Below, in pieces: positions 51,601 through 63,194 of a DNA stretch of 64,000 nt. This stretch comes from Malacoraja senta (lineage: Eukaryota). The position numbers and the translations under genes are program-made. The notes below the pieces were generated by a model, which saw only the letters and a list, made by a program, of their open reading frames with translations, made no database searches and was not told the DNA's origin. The stretch's first letter is position 1. Every line of letters starts with the position of its first letter. The stretch spans positions 22,074,001-22,138,000 of the forward strand of contig CM075988.1 in assembly GCA_038087875.1 (NCBI GenBank). Direction: 5' to 3'.

Positions 51601-54600
51601 GCTTTTGAATCTGTTCAGGAACTAATGCTGGGAAGTAAGTAGAGCTATAATCCTAACATGGGATTAACGTTTTCACACAAAGGGCGGTGGATGTATAGAA
51701 CCAGCTGCCAGAGGAGGATGAAATTTCCCATTTTGTTTGGGGAATGACTCCCAACATTTAAGAAGCAGTTAGACAGGGACATGGATAGGTCAGGTTTGGA
51801 GGGATATGTGCCAAATGCTGGCAGGTGGGACTAGTGTAGCTGGGACATGTTGGCCGGTGTGGGTAAGTTGGGCCGAAGGGCCTGTTTCCACACTATATCA
51901 CTCTATGACTCCATGGGTTTCAGAACATTCCTACTTTGCACAAACTTGTTTCTGATTTTACAGTACGCACAATATTGATATGTATAAACTGTCACATTTC
52001 TACATTTTGATCAAATGACTGGTCGGTATTATAGATGGTGAAAATAGTTATCAGAAATTACAGCAGGGTCTTGATCAGCTGGGCTGAGGCATGGTGAATG
52101 GAGTTTAATACAGATAATTGTGAGGTGTTGCATTTTGGGATGTGAAGTGTTAAGGCTATTTGAGCCAATTTGATTTAAATCTTCCCCAAATATCGAAGTG
52201 AAGCTCCCTTCTGGAATATTGGGCCCAGACCTATCAAATCCTAGAATGCCTCTCTTGAATTTGATCCCAATGCCCCAACAATTTAAAGATTTCCTACACC
52301 ATGAGTGTCCTGAAGTTCTCACATTTTGCAAACTCTAGGTTTCAGCCGTCCCTCCGTATATTAAGAAACTTGTGCTCCCTTTCAGAAATTCTTACTAATT
52401 GTGCACTTTTTAAGTTAACATGATTTTTATTTTCATGTGTCACCATTGCACTTCTTCTCCCAACTTCACTGATTTTCTGCACTTTACCTAATTCTAATTT
52501 GCACTCCTAAAGCTCCACTCAAATGAGGATGCACCTACTTTTTTTATCAGGCAAAAGCACAACTTTTGTATCCTGGGCTGTCGGTAATTATCAGATGATC
52601 CGTTTTGTCAGTGACATCATGTTGAAATGTTTTGGTATGGCCACAAACACAATTAGTATTTGAGGAGAAGTATGGACAATAGTCTGTTGTCTAACAGCAG
52701 ACAATGGAGGACAACCAACTCACCTTTCCTATTGCAAGGGGGAAGAGATGATCTTGTGGCTGTGTTTTGGGTTTCCCACTGGTGTCGTGAAATTGCAATT
52801 TTCCCCACAAAGATTAAAATAGTAATTTGGACTGACTTCCACTTGCCAGCTAAAACACTTTGTGGGGAACTTGAGACCCATTTTGGAACTTATAATGCTA
52901 AAAACACTTCCACACAGAAAGAAATGAATCAATGTCTTTGTCATTTATTTTCCAAATTTGCCCAGAATGTTAAAAGTCAGCTATACTTGTTGAGAGACTG
53001 CAGATAAAGTAGTTGCATCTTGTTTGGTCTCTGGACACTTGGATTGCTGAGGTGTTGTTTGCTTAAAAAACAAACAAGGTAAAGATATTGTTAACTGTCT
53101 TAAACTGCTTATACATTTGATAATTTTTTAGCCACAAAAAGTCTACACAAGACCGTGGGTATACTGGAATCCACTGATGTCACAGAAAATCGTTATTCAT
53201 TAGTCACTGGTGAGCACAATAACACTGATGAAATGCAACATTTATTCTGCAGTGCTTGTAAAACTGATGAGCAAAATGTAATTTCTCATTAAAACCTTTT
53301 CTCCAGTTTAAATATTGCACAGAATTAATCATCATCTCATGAAGAACTATATCTGCAGACTAAACATAAACCTCTCATAAGCTAGTGTTTATCTTTTGTC
53401 TGGATTATAGATATAGCTAATGGATTGTAGGTTAGTTATTCAAGAAAATGAATAATTCAAATTGTGACTTGATGCTTAGAATTGTCTTGCATTGATGTAC
53501 TGGCAAGAATAATTCATAGTGTTTATATGATGTGATGTGAGTGATATATGTGATGTGAGTGATGAAGAGGAAACGTTGCAAGGGAGTTATAATGTTACAG
53601 GTTTGATTACCACTTCTTAAACGGTATTCCACTGAGTTTATGAATGCATATGTGGCTTTGGAGCCTCTCCAAGCCTTTTTGAACTATGGGCATGATTTAT
53701 ACTGACCATAACTAAATATAAGAATTGCCCACTTAAATGCCATTTGCTGTCTTTGTTACTTAATTGGCATCATTCTAGTCTAGTCAAGTCGCATTTATTT
53801 ATATAGCACATTTAAAAAACAACTCTCATTGGCCAAAGTGCTTTACATTTGTTATAAGAATAATATAAACAAACAAACTACATACATATATACATATAGC
53901 CCTCGCTCAGAGGATGTCAAGAAAGGCTTGGGAGTATAGATAAGTTTTTAGTCTTGACTTAAAGGAGTCGATGGAGGGGGCAGTTCTGATGGGAAGGGGG
54001 ATGCTGTTCCACAGTCTAGGAGCTGCAACCGCAAAGGCGCGGTCGCCCCTGAGCTTATGCCTAGACCGCGGGATATTCAGCAACCCCAAGTCGGCCGATC
54101 TGAGGTACCTGGAGGCGGAGTGGTGGGTGAGAAGACTTTGAATGTAGGTGGGGGCAAGCCCATTGAGGGTTTTGTGGACATAGAGGAGGATCTCTAAAAT
54201 TTAGAGTAGGATAACATTTCTACTGCAATATTCAATTTGCCTCGTTTTAAATATTTGACCTTTTTAGCCACATCTAGCCAAAGCAGGGATGCATTAAAAA
54301 CTATTGAAGTCACGGACCCAATGGAATCGATGGTGAAGAATGGTGAGCACACAGAACTACAGTCATTGTACACCTCCATCCCCCACCAGGATGGTCTCGA
54401 AGCCCTCCGTTTTTTCCTCGACCGTAGAAGCAACCTATACCCGGCCACTGACACCCTACTCCGCCTAGCGGAGCTGGTCCTTACACTTAATAACTTTTCA
54501 TTTGACTCCTCCCATTTCCTCCAAATACAAGGCGTAGCTATGGGCACACGCATGGGCCCCAGCTACGCCTGCCTCTTTGTCGGGTACGTAGTACAATCCT

Positions 54601-57600
54601 TGTTCAATGCGTACCAGGGCCCCATCCCCGACCTCTACCTCCGCTACATCGATGATTGTTTTGGTGCCACATCCTGCACCCACACACAACTGACTGACTT
54701 CATCCGCTTCACCGCCAACTTCCATCCGGCACTCAAATACACCTGGACCATTTCCGACACTTCCCTACCATTCCTTGACCTCACTATCTCCATCGAAGGT
54801 GATAGACTCCTTACCGACATCCACTACAAACCCACCGACTCCCATGGCTATCTGGACTACACTTCTTCCCACCCTGCTTCCTGTAAGGACTCCATACCCC
54901 ACTCCCAATTCCTCCGTCTACGCCGCATCTGCTCCCAGGATGAGGCGTTCCACACCAGGGCATCTGAAATGTCCTCATTCTTCAGGGAACGGGGTTTCCC
55001 CTCCTTCCCCTCTCCCCCCATGTCTGCCTTCCGCAAAGACCGCTCCCTCCGTAACTCCCTTGTCAATTCTTCCCTTCCCTCCCATACCACCCCCTCCCCT
55101 GGTACTTTCCCTTGCAACCGCAAGAGATGCAACACTTGTCCCTTTACCTCCCCCCTCGACTCCATTCAAGGACCCAAGCAGTCGTTCCAGGTGCGACAGA
55201 GGTTCACCTGCATCTCCTCCAACCTCATCTATTGCATCCGCTGCTCTAGATGCCAGCTGATCTACATCGGTGAGACCAAGCGGAGGCTTGGCGATCGTTT
55301 CGCCGAACACCTCCGGTCGGTCCGCAATAACCAACTTGACCTCCCGGTGGCTCAGCACTTCAACTCCCCCTCCCATTCCGTATCTGACCTCTCTGTCCTG
55401 GGTCTCCTCCATGGCCACAGCGAGCAACACCGTAAATTGGAGGAAATGCACCTCGTATTCCGCATGGGCAGTCTACATCCTGGGGGCTTGAACATTGAAT
55501 TCTCCCAATTCTGCTAGCCCTTGCTGTCCCCTCCCCTTCATCAGCCCTCTGGTTGTCTCCTCCCCTCCCCCAGCCCTCACGCCCCTCCTCCGCCTTTTTC
55601 CTTTTTTCCTTTCTTCTCCCCACCCCCTATCAGTCTGAAGAAGGGTTTCAGCCCGAAACGTTGCCTATTTCCTTCGCTCCATAGATGCTGCTGCACCCGC
55701 TGAGTTTCTCCAGCATTTTTGTGTGTACCTATATATGAAATGTATTGTGCTGCAGGCCTTGGACTAAAGTAGGTGATAATGATTTTAATGGGGAATGTAC
55801 ACAACATTTCCTGTGTTCTAAGAGTGCCCACCATCACCTCAACAACCCATCTTTGAGTCACTTTACCCACTGTAAACTCTGACCTATCTCTGAGCAAATA
55901 CTGATCACAAAGTCCTACAGTAGAGGGAGCAGTGGTTCGTGTGGTTCGTATTGACAATTGGAGGACTGCCATTCTAATCTCTCTCCATGACAGGAGATTT
56001 AATTTCTTGCAAATCTTTTGATATGGGACTACTGTGCAAAACCATGCAACAAAGTGAGATGTGCAGCCATGGTTTTTGTGCATAAAAGCTGTAAGAGATC
56101 CCAGCCTTACAAGAAACTGGCATGTTTCACCCAATTTACGCCATTTTAGATTGTCTTTTCAAATGTTTTAAACTTTCTAGATTATTTGGGTTAAGCCTCC
56201 GTTGGTGCTGATTAAACCAGTGCAACTTAAGATGCTAAGTTTAAAGCATGAGCCTAATTTAATGTTTAATGTGCAAAATAAATAATTGGGAGTTAAAAAC
56301 TGAGGTTGGGGAAAGTGCTTGAAGGAGGTGGTTTGTTGCAGAGGTGCTATATTCCTTTACTGGAATGCCATTTACATTGAACTTCTGTATGCTCCTGATA
56401 AACGGATTCACTCAGTGGATGTAATGTGGATTATGCTGCCTGCAGGGATGGTGGACACTGAATCACTCTGGTTGTTTGAAAGGGAACTGAATAGCTTCTT
56501 GAGATAACCCTACAATTTATTCTATGGGGAAAGAGCAAAGAGAGATTATTTTACTTGGATCTGGCAGGAAGTCATTGGTGGCTCACAATACCATAATAAT
56601 TATGTGACTATTAACCAAGCTCTTTTGTGTATAAAGTACCCTATTTATAATTTAAATTTAAGTCAGTCTTCAGTAAGAAAGAATTTTTAAAGTGTTCTTA
56701 ATTAATCTTTAATGAAGCTACGCTGCTTTTCTCTCGGACAGTTTCAGAAATTATGTCAATGTTACGAGTGAGGGCTGGTGATGAAAGAACCATCGTAAGG
56801 AAATCAGCCATTCAGGTAGTGTTAATGTACAGTCATAGAACTGATTATTTGTTCCTATCGGGGCTCTTCCAGTCTAGATAGCCAATGAAAAGCCAACTGA
56901 GACCAGTTATTGGCTGAGTGTGGAAACAGAAAATGGGCCTAACTTTGTTCTTGGATTCCAGCATCTTCCTAACAACAGATGCTCAGCTCACTGGCTTAGA
57001 ATTTCTTGCATTTTTGTCTCCCATCTCTCAACAAGGGTACCATGTACACATTTTCCTATCCACTGGTACTGTTCCCAGAACTAAGAGTATCCATAAACCT
57101 GAGCTAAAGGCTTCACCATCTTTTCAGTCACTTCCTTTAAAACCACCAGATCCAGCCAATGTCCAAGGAAGATGGTTGACATTTGGGGCATGGTTAGTTC
57201 CCCTTGACATTTGGGGCTAATACCATTTGGTGTCCCCCCTAGACATCATCACCTTAAGGATCACTATATGATCACTTAAGACTGCAGTAATCATAGCTCG
57301 TTATCAGAAGCTGGTTATCCCGGGGAGGGGGGGGGGGGGGGGGGGCTCATTTCACAAATGGTGGAATGGAGAATTGAACCCTTTCCTGCCTTTGATTCAT
57401 GTGTTCTTTTAATGCAAATACTTTCAATGTTGTATTTTTGTGTCTAATACATGGGTATACATTTTTCTAAAATTAACATAAAATGGCTACATTTACATTT
57501 TCATGCATTCAGACATTTGCGCACAGTAAACTGTATGTTTAATGTTCAATCTACCCTTAATGTTTAGACATATCGGTAAATCATTCATGTTATAATCTTG

Positions 57601-60600
57601 CAGGTGCTTGTATGCATTTTGAAGCAGAATGTAGTCCTCTGCACCCAAGAAGATCTGACCGTATTACAAGATCGTTGTCGAGATCCTGCCCCATCTGTTC
57701 GCAAGCAAACATTGCAGTTAATCACCGATCTTCTGTTGGTATGTTTTTCTTATATAAAATGTTTTGAATATTGTGAGGTGTGGGTTCTGGTTAGTATAAA
57801 TGGGCAACTAATAAGAAAGGATTGTGTTGAGAGAGAAACTATAAAATATTAGCTTAGGCAGTTTTTTACTCATAACTATGTCACTTCTTTCAAAGTGATT
57901 AAATACCATTAATTATCATACTAACAAGGCATTTCCACAATTGGGAAGATTGGACATGTGATGCTATATTCACTGAGTTTGTGGTTGGTACCATTAGATT
58001 TCTATTTCAGAAGTAGTTCTTGGCAGCAAGGTGCTGTCTGGGTGGAGTTTGCATGTTCTCCCTATGACTGTGGATTTCTTCTGGGTTTAGTTTAGAGATT
58101 GAGCGCGGAGACAGGTCCTTCAGCCCACCGAGTCCGCACCGACCAGCGATCCCCGCACATAACACTACCTTACACACACTCGGGACAATTTTACACTTAC
58201 ACCATGCCAGTTAACCCACAAATCTGTACGTCTGGAGTGTGGGAGGAAACCAAAGATCTCGGAAAAAACCCACGTAGGTCACAGGGAGAATGTACAAACT
58301 CCATATAGACAAGCATCCGTAGTCAGGATAGAACCTGGGTCTCTGGCGCTGTAAGGCAGCAACTTTACCACTATGCCACAGTGCCGGGTGTTCCCACATA
58401 CCAAAGTTGTGTGGGTTTGTAGGTCAATTGGCCTCTGTACAATTTCCCCAAATGTGGAGGGAGTGGATGTGAAATTAGAATAACATGGAACCAGTGTACG
58501 CAGGTGATAAATGGTTGGGGTGGGCCAAAGGGTCTGTTTACATGCTGTGTATCAAAAATAAACGCAAGTGGGACTTTGTAGGTCAAGGTTACCTTTAATT
58601 ACATCTGTGGTTCGGAATTTATTGTTCATAGTTATAGAATTTAGGGTTGAAACTCAATGGTCAATTTGTATGTTTCTTCTAGGCTCAACCCAGTAATGAA
58701 TTGCTACAGAAGACTTGGATGAATGGAGTCATCCCAGTTGTAATTGATCCTGAGAATACGGTCCAGGAAAAAGCACTGGAGTGTCTGAATCAAGTGGTAA
58801 TGCAGCAAATCAAGAATTACAGGCAATTTAGTGATGAAGACAAATATCAAAGATTGGCCTGGGATGTTTTAGCACTTCTTGTATTTGAGTATCAGGAGCT
58901 TTGGTAAATATGTTTTGGGGTATTTTATATGTTCAATTTGCAAAGAATATTTCATTTGCCTTATTTTTTTTATATTGCATGGGCAAAATCATTGGATGCT
59001 ACAGCATGGAAGGAAGCTTTGGAGAAAGGAAGTGCAGATGCTGGTTTATAGCGAAGATAGGCCCAAAGTGCCAGAGTAACTCAACAGGTCAGGCAGCTGA
59101 AGATTCAGACTGAAGAAGGGTCCCCACCCGAAGCATCACCCATCTTTTTCCTCCAGTGTTGCTGCTGACCTGCTGAGTTACTCCAGCACTTTGTGTCTAT
59201 ATCTATGGAAGGAAGCTTTGTGGCTGATCATACATTTTCTGGCATTTGAAAATGCTGTTCAAAGAGCTATTCATTGATTCCCAAAACCTTGCAACATTTT
59301 CCTTTTTGAAAGCTGTTATTGTTTGGTTTGATATGAATGAATAGCGGGAATTTAATGAAAGATCGGCAAGTTCCCAACAGATTAGGCAATTCTAGAAGTT
59401 GATTGTAACATGGAATGTAGTTCCTTTTCTCTTCATAATTTGAATTTTGCATAGTAACAGTATTTTAATTTTTTTATTTCATAGGATAGAAAATTAGACC
59501 GTTTAGACGATTCGGTAATTGCAAACAAAGAGGAAAATGTAGCTTCTGTTTATTTCTGTTGTTTCAGAGCTGAGATCCTATTGTTGAAAATGACAGTGCT
59601 ATTTTAATATTTGTAATGTGCATTCGAGCATCTCCAAGCAATTTCTGAATTTTGTTGGAGACTGTAAGATAAGAATCGCACGTTTGGGTCGGGAATGTTC
59701 AAGAATCCGCGTCTATCATGGTACTAAGAAAGTTCTGTTGAAATCAGTGAAGCTGAAAAGGTGCATTGTATGTTAGATATTTCTAATGCAAAATGCCCTG
59801 TGCCTGATTCACTGCCTCTGTCCTATTTTATCTTCTAGTAGGTCTACTTTGTGGTTTTCAAAAGATTTATCTGACATTGCAATAATACTGGATCTTCCCA
59901 CACTCTCTCCATTCCATCCCTTCGAAATTTATTTCCCCTTTTATCTACTGTAATTTGGAAAGATTGGGTGATAGGGGCCTGCAACCTTTTCTATGCTTGA
60001 CTAGTTGGATGGGTAGATATGTTGCTGTCAAGAGTGTTTATTTATCATGAGTATCAAGACGGCACAATAAAATTCTTACCTGCAGCAGTGCTCAATAGAT
60101 AACTAAAAATAATTCAAGAAATAAAATTCACGTGGCTTCTGTGTGCTCCAGCCCATTGATACCAAGTTCTCAAATAATGCGAAATGCACTTTCTCTACTC
60201 TTGAGTGGGCATTGGCCATGGATTCCAAGGAGTAATTGAGTCATTAAGCATCAATGGCATTGTCCCTAATTGCACCCTGTTTATTCCATTGGATAAGCCA
60301 TATCATTTGTCTAAGATGTTGCTCAGTGAACAGGTGCTCTATTCTGACCTCTGTCACGAGAAGAAATTATGAGGCAGCAGAAAAAAAGATTAACATTTTA
60401 TACAAAATAATGTACAGTTTTATCGCATTTTGTGAGTTTTTCAAGATTTTCAAATTGGTCATCTTATTTAACATCTATTGTTTCTGTTTTAAAACACCAA
60501 ACGGAATGTTGTTTTTCTCCTTCCACAGTCGTTACCTGACCAAAGCTTTCCTTCTGTGGTCCCAACAAGATAAGTTCAGTTCAACTTTTATAAAAGACCT

Positions 60601-63115
60601 TATCACTCACACTGACACTGATCATGCAGCTGCTGCCTGGATGTTGCTTTCAAAAATTGCAGGATCCTTCCCAAAGTTGAACTATGCCAAGATTATAGGC
60701 ACTTGGGATGATCTTTACAGGTTTGTAAAGTTTTGTATAGAATTAATTGTAAAGTATAACATTCTAATGTTTTTCAAAAATCTTCCTGTAATTCAAATGT
60801 TTCCGACTGAGTTTGTTTTAGGGCTAGAACATATTTCTAGATATTTTGAGTCCTTTATGCCACTATGTGATCAGAAACAGGGTGGCATAGTAGAGGAGCT
60901 GCCGCAAGCACTAGAGACCAGGGCTCAATCCTGACCTCATGGGCTGACTGTGTGGAATTTGCACGTTCTCCTTGTGACTGCGTGGGTTTCCTCCGGGTGC
61001 TCCATTTTCCTCCCACATCCCAACGACGTGCGGGTTTGTCCACCCTGGGTTAGGTTAATTGGCCTCTGTAAAGTTGTTCCGGGTGAGTAGGGAGCGGATG
61101 AGAAGGTGGGATAATTTTGTTTTATTTGTGAAGTGAGGAGTGATTACTATCTTAAATGAATTCAAAAATGGTCTTTTTAATTTTAATTAAGTCTCGTCGT
61201 ATCAGGGCAGCAAAAGTTTGCATTCGTTGATCTGCTATTCTTTTCCATTATTTGCAGGTCTAAAAATATAGACAACAGAACAACCCACATCTTGAGTGTC
61301 ATGGGCAACATTGCTCATCACTTGTTGGAGGAAACCAGAGCTAAGTTGATAGGTGAGTGAAATACAGTGATACAGATTTCTTTGGCAACTCGCTAAACAT
61401 AATGAATTATAGGTAGTATTGCATCTTTGGCAGACTTCAGTCACTCGATATCAACAATGACATGGAAACAGATAATTTGATCCAACTTATCCATACCCAC
61501 AAAGGTTCTTTTCTGAACTAGTGCTGAAGGATTGGTCGGGGACCTAGGGTAGACAAAGCAATCTTTATTAGGGTAGACACAAAATGCTGGAGTAATTCAG
61601 CGGGTCAGACAGCATCTCTGGAGAAAAGGAATTGATGTCGTTTCGGGTCGAGACATTTCTTCAAACCTGAAACGTCACTTTTCTCCAGACCGTCTGACCT
61701 GCTAAGTTACTCCAACATTTTGTATCTTCGGTTTAAACCAGCATCTGCAGTTCCTTCCTACACAATCCTATCAATGTGATTACAAGCGCTGGCAGTTTTG
61801 GGAGTAACTTCCACTCCCTTCTGGTTCCTCATAGATCCAGCGGAGATAAAACCTAAATCAACTGGTCTTAAATTGCTTAGTAATAGGTGGCTAAAGTGTC
61901 GCATTCCATTCCAAGATTTGAAACCAAATTTGCGTTGTATTGTTCTTGCACCATGGTTATCATTGTCGGTAGTTTCTGTTAAGATCACCCTATTGTTCAT
62001 AATTTGTCAAATGTGCTCTTTTATTACAGACGAAGTCAAGAGTTTGATAAGTGCATTTTGCTCTACTCCAGAAATAGTCAGCCAGGCAGTTGAGACCTTG
62101 TACAAGCTCTGTCACGCTCATTGTAATACTCTAGAAGAGACGCAGGTGAGTTTGAATCAACTGAAGTTGATACTGTGTTAAGCATAGAAAACTGGAACAT
62201 AGAAGCAGGAGCCAATCTTGTCCCACCGTTCATTTTAATTCTAGCTGCCCTGACCGATGAAGGCAAGCGTGCGTAATGCCTTCTTTACCACCCTGTCCGC
62301 CTGTATCTTCACTTCCAGGGAACTATTTATTTGTGCCCATTGGTCCCTCTATTCTACAACATTCTCCAGGGCCCCACCATTTTCAGATTAAGTCTTGTCT
62401 TAGGTGAACTTATCAAGGAGCAAGGTGAATACCTCATACATATCTGATTTTAAATGTCTGTCATTCCTTGGCCCACTTCCCTTGTTTATGTAGATCCCGT
62501 TTATATTTCTTGGACAGCCTTCTTTACTGAACACTCAACCACCAACTTTGGTGTCATCTGCAACTGTGCAAACCATAGCATCAACATTCTTGTTCCAGTT
62601 ATTAATAAAGATGACCAGCAACAGTGGACCCAGCACTGGTTCCCTGTGGTGCACCATTGGTCACCGGCCTCCAGTCTGAATAACATCCATTACCACCCTC
62701 TGTCTCCTTCCAACCAGCCAATTTTGCATCCAGTTGGCTAGCTTAGGATCCCCTACTCTGGGCAAAAGACTCTGCGTTTACCTGTTCTATTCCTCGTGAT
62801 TTTATACACTATAAGAGCACCCCCTCATCCGCCTGCGCTCTGAGGAATAAAGTCCCAGTCTGCTCACCCTCTCTCTGTAGCTCAAGCCCTCGAGTCCTGG
62901 CAACATCCTCGTAAATCTTCTCTGCACCCTTTGAGCATGTGGAGGTGATTTTATTGTTTAAACTAAATGGTGTTGCAGCAGTGAATGATGCACTCTTTCC
63001 ACATTAGGTCCTGCTGGATCAGGTGTGCGGTGAGCTGATCTTGATTTGCGAGTCGTACATCTCTAATATTGTTTTTAGCGATGGAGGATCTCAGCATGCG
63101 GATGAAAGTATGTTG
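30578..63115 (+). CDS. NCAPD3: Condensin II subunit CAP-D3 (HEAT-repeat protein); 5' part, 20 exons, about 854 codons; gene continues beyond the window
   Basis: Exon translations match CAP-D3 motifs: [129 protein letters not shown]. All junctions are GT-AG and phase-consistent. Confidence 0.95.
31500..32671 (-). mobile_element. Probable Helitron-related GC-rich element in NCAPD3 intron 1 (3' end unclear)
   Basis: Minus-strand 5' end A|TCTATCTCTACATAACTAAAACTCTG resembles the element at 36931; GC-rich interior. Confidence 0.45.
32745..32899 (+). CDS. NCAPD3: NCAPD3 exon 2 (3' end 32899 or 32905; both donors in frame)
   Basis: ttttcag|[45 protein letters not shown]. Confidence 0.88.
32965..33196. 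mobile_element. Palindromic (fold-back) Penelope-terminus element
   Basis: About 95-bp inverted arms; 13-bp TSD CAAGTTAAAGGCA. Confidence 0.75.
35868..36078. mobile_element. Palindromic Penelope-terminus element
   Basis: Inverted arms; 14-bp TSD CCTACATTAAATCT. Confidence 0.75.
36175..36337 (+). CDS. NCAPD3: NCAPD3 exon 3
   Basis: [23 protein letters not shown]...[13 protein letters not shown]; ag/gt flanks. Confidence 0.93.
36931..37334 (+). mobile_element. Non-autonomous Helitron
   Basis: A|TCTATCTATATACTATTAAAACTC 5' end; subterminal hairpin CAGACCC-TAC-GGGTCTG at 37306-37322; 3' CTAG|T; no TSD. Confidence 0.8.
38499..38683 (+). CDS. NCAPD3: NCAPD3 exon 4
   Basis: [24 protein letters not shown]...RKRKKD...; ttgcag / gtatgc. 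Confidence 0.93.
39498..39587 (+). mobile_element. Short Penelope-terminus element inserted in the NCAPD3 exon 5 acceptor
   Basis: 10-bp TSD TCCATTTCAG at 39488-39497 and 39588-39597. Confidence 0.8.
39598..39762 (+). CDS. NCAPD3: NCAPD3 exon 5
   Basis: [47 protein letters not shown]; tttcag / gtaaag. Confidence 0.9.
39820..40120 (-). mobile_element. V-SINE/HE1-like SINE copy
   Basis: Reverse complement of the same family. Confidence 0.75.
40819..40880 (+). CDS. NCAPD3: NCAPD3 exon 6
   Basis: [20 protein letters not shown]; ttgcag / gtaagt. Confidence 0.9.
41998..42283 (-). mobile_element. V-SINE/HE1-like SINE copy
   Basis: Reverse complement of the same family. Confidence 0.75.
42398..42526 (+). 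mobile_element. Short Penelope-terminus element with a hammerhead-like core
   Basis: CTGAAGA-A-GGGTCTCGACCC-GAAACGTC at 42400-42427; 11-bp TSD CTCTAGCATGT. Confidence 0.75.
42728..42815 (+). CDS. NCAPD3: NCAPD3 exon 7
   Basis: [29 protein letters not shown]; ctag / gtact. Confidence 0.92.
42906..43042 (+). CDS. NCAPD3: NCAPD3 exon 8
   Basis: [17 protein letters not shown]...ARDQAIAFV; follows a 90 nt intron; ttcag / gtcagt. Confidence 0.92.
43440..43970 (+). mobile_element. CR1-like LINE 3' fragment
   Basis: Decayed RT C-terminus ([17 protein letters not shown]...) and a typical CR1 3' region. Confidence 0.75.
44743..44815 (+). CDS. NCAPD3: NCAPD3 exon 9
   Basis: [24 protein letters not shown]; tgtag / gtttg. 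Confidence 0.92.
45727..45977. mobile_element. Rearranged Penelope-terminus element
   Basis: Inverted segments; 15-bp TSD ATGGAATGTATGGTG. Confidence 0.75.
46336..46805 (-). mobile_element. Internally deleted HERO/R2-superfamily-like non-LTR element flanked by a 31-bp direct repeat
   Basis: Flanks GTGTGAAAAATATACATCTTCTAGATGCGCT at 46305-46335 and 46806-46836. Minus-strand peptide remnants [12 protein letters not shown] and [19 protein letters not shown]. Family assignment is from recall only. Confidence 0.55.
47220..47510 (-). mobile_element. V-SINE/HE1-like SINE copy
   Basis: Reverse complement of the same family. Confidence 0.7.
50068..50193 (+). CDS. NCAPD3: NCAPD3 exon 10
   Basis: [22 protein letters not shown]...[10 protein letters not shown]; gcag / gtaaga. 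Confidence 0.93.
51382..51634 (+). CDS. NCAPD3: NCAPD3 exon 11
   Basis: [18 protein letters not shown]...[22 protein letters not shown]; tttag / gtaagt. Confidence 0.93.
53132..53209 (+). CDS. NCAPD3: NCAPD3 putative exon 12 (78 nt, phase 1-1, linker region)
   Basis: tttttag|CCACA ... ACTG|gtgagc; open, symmetric; [25 protein letters not shown]. Confidence 0.65.
53776..54192 (-). mobile_element. L2-type LINE 3' fragment
   Basis: [54 protein letters not shown]; 3' region with AATAAA. Confidence 0.85.
54268..54342 (+). CDS. NCAPD3: NCAPD3 putative exon 13 (75 nt, phase 1-1)
   Basis: tttttag|CCACA ... AATG|gtgagc; [24 protein letters not shown]. Confidence 0.7.
54360..55729 (+). mobile_element. 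Penelope-like retroelement, 5'-truncated, in-frame internal deletion, ORF open to TAG at 55517
   Basis: QSLYTSIP...YLRYIDD...LIYCIRC...YIGETKRR...LNIEFSQFC*; near-identical to the copy at 2940-4899, in inverted orientation. Confidence 0.93.
56742..56815 (+). CDS. NCAPD3: NCAPD3 exon 14 (alternative in-frame acceptor at 56748)
   Basis: [24 protein letters not shown]; acag / gtagt. Confidence 0.9.
57604..57738 (+). CDS. NCAPD3: NCAPD3 exon 15
   Basis: VLVCILKQ...[24 protein letters not shown]; gcag / gtatgt. Confidence 0.93.
58085..58383 (-). mobile_element. V-SINE/HE1-like SINE nested in an oppositely oriented SINE
   Basis: Minus-strand copy splits a plus-strand copy (about 58030-58085 and 58384-58555). 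Confidence 0.7.
58683..58903 (+). CDS. NCAPD3: NCAPD3 exon 16
   Basis: [37 protein letters not shown]...LAWDVL; ctag / gtaaat. Confidence 0.93.
59022..59204. mobile_element. Palindromic Penelope-terminus element
   Basis: Inverted arms; 16-bp TSD ATGGAAGGAAGCTTTG. Confidence 0.75.
60529..60720 (+). CDS. NCAPD3: NCAPD3 exon 17
   Basis: [21 protein letters not shown]...[24 protein letters not shown]; acag / gtttgt. Confidence 0.93.
61258..61352 (+). CDS. NCAPD3: NCAPD3 exon 18
   Basis: [31 protein letters not shown]; gcag / gtgagt. Confidence 0.9.
62030..62145 (+). CDS. NCAPD3: NCAPD3 exon 19
   Basis: [38 protein letters not shown]; acag / gtgagt. Confidence 0.92.
62250..62932 (-). mobile_element. 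CR1-like LINE fragments
   Basis: Reverse-strand RT remnants (FADDTKV-like motif, [13 protein letters not shown]). Confidence 0.7.
63008..63115 (+). CDS. NCAPD3: NCAPD3 exon 20
   Basis: [36 protein letters not shown]; ttag / gtaag. Confidence 0.9.
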
Positions 63116-63194
63116 GTAAGATTTTAGAACTAATTAATTCTAGATATCTGAAGTGTACTTAACTCTGCGTTTTAGAACCTTTATTAAATTCAGG

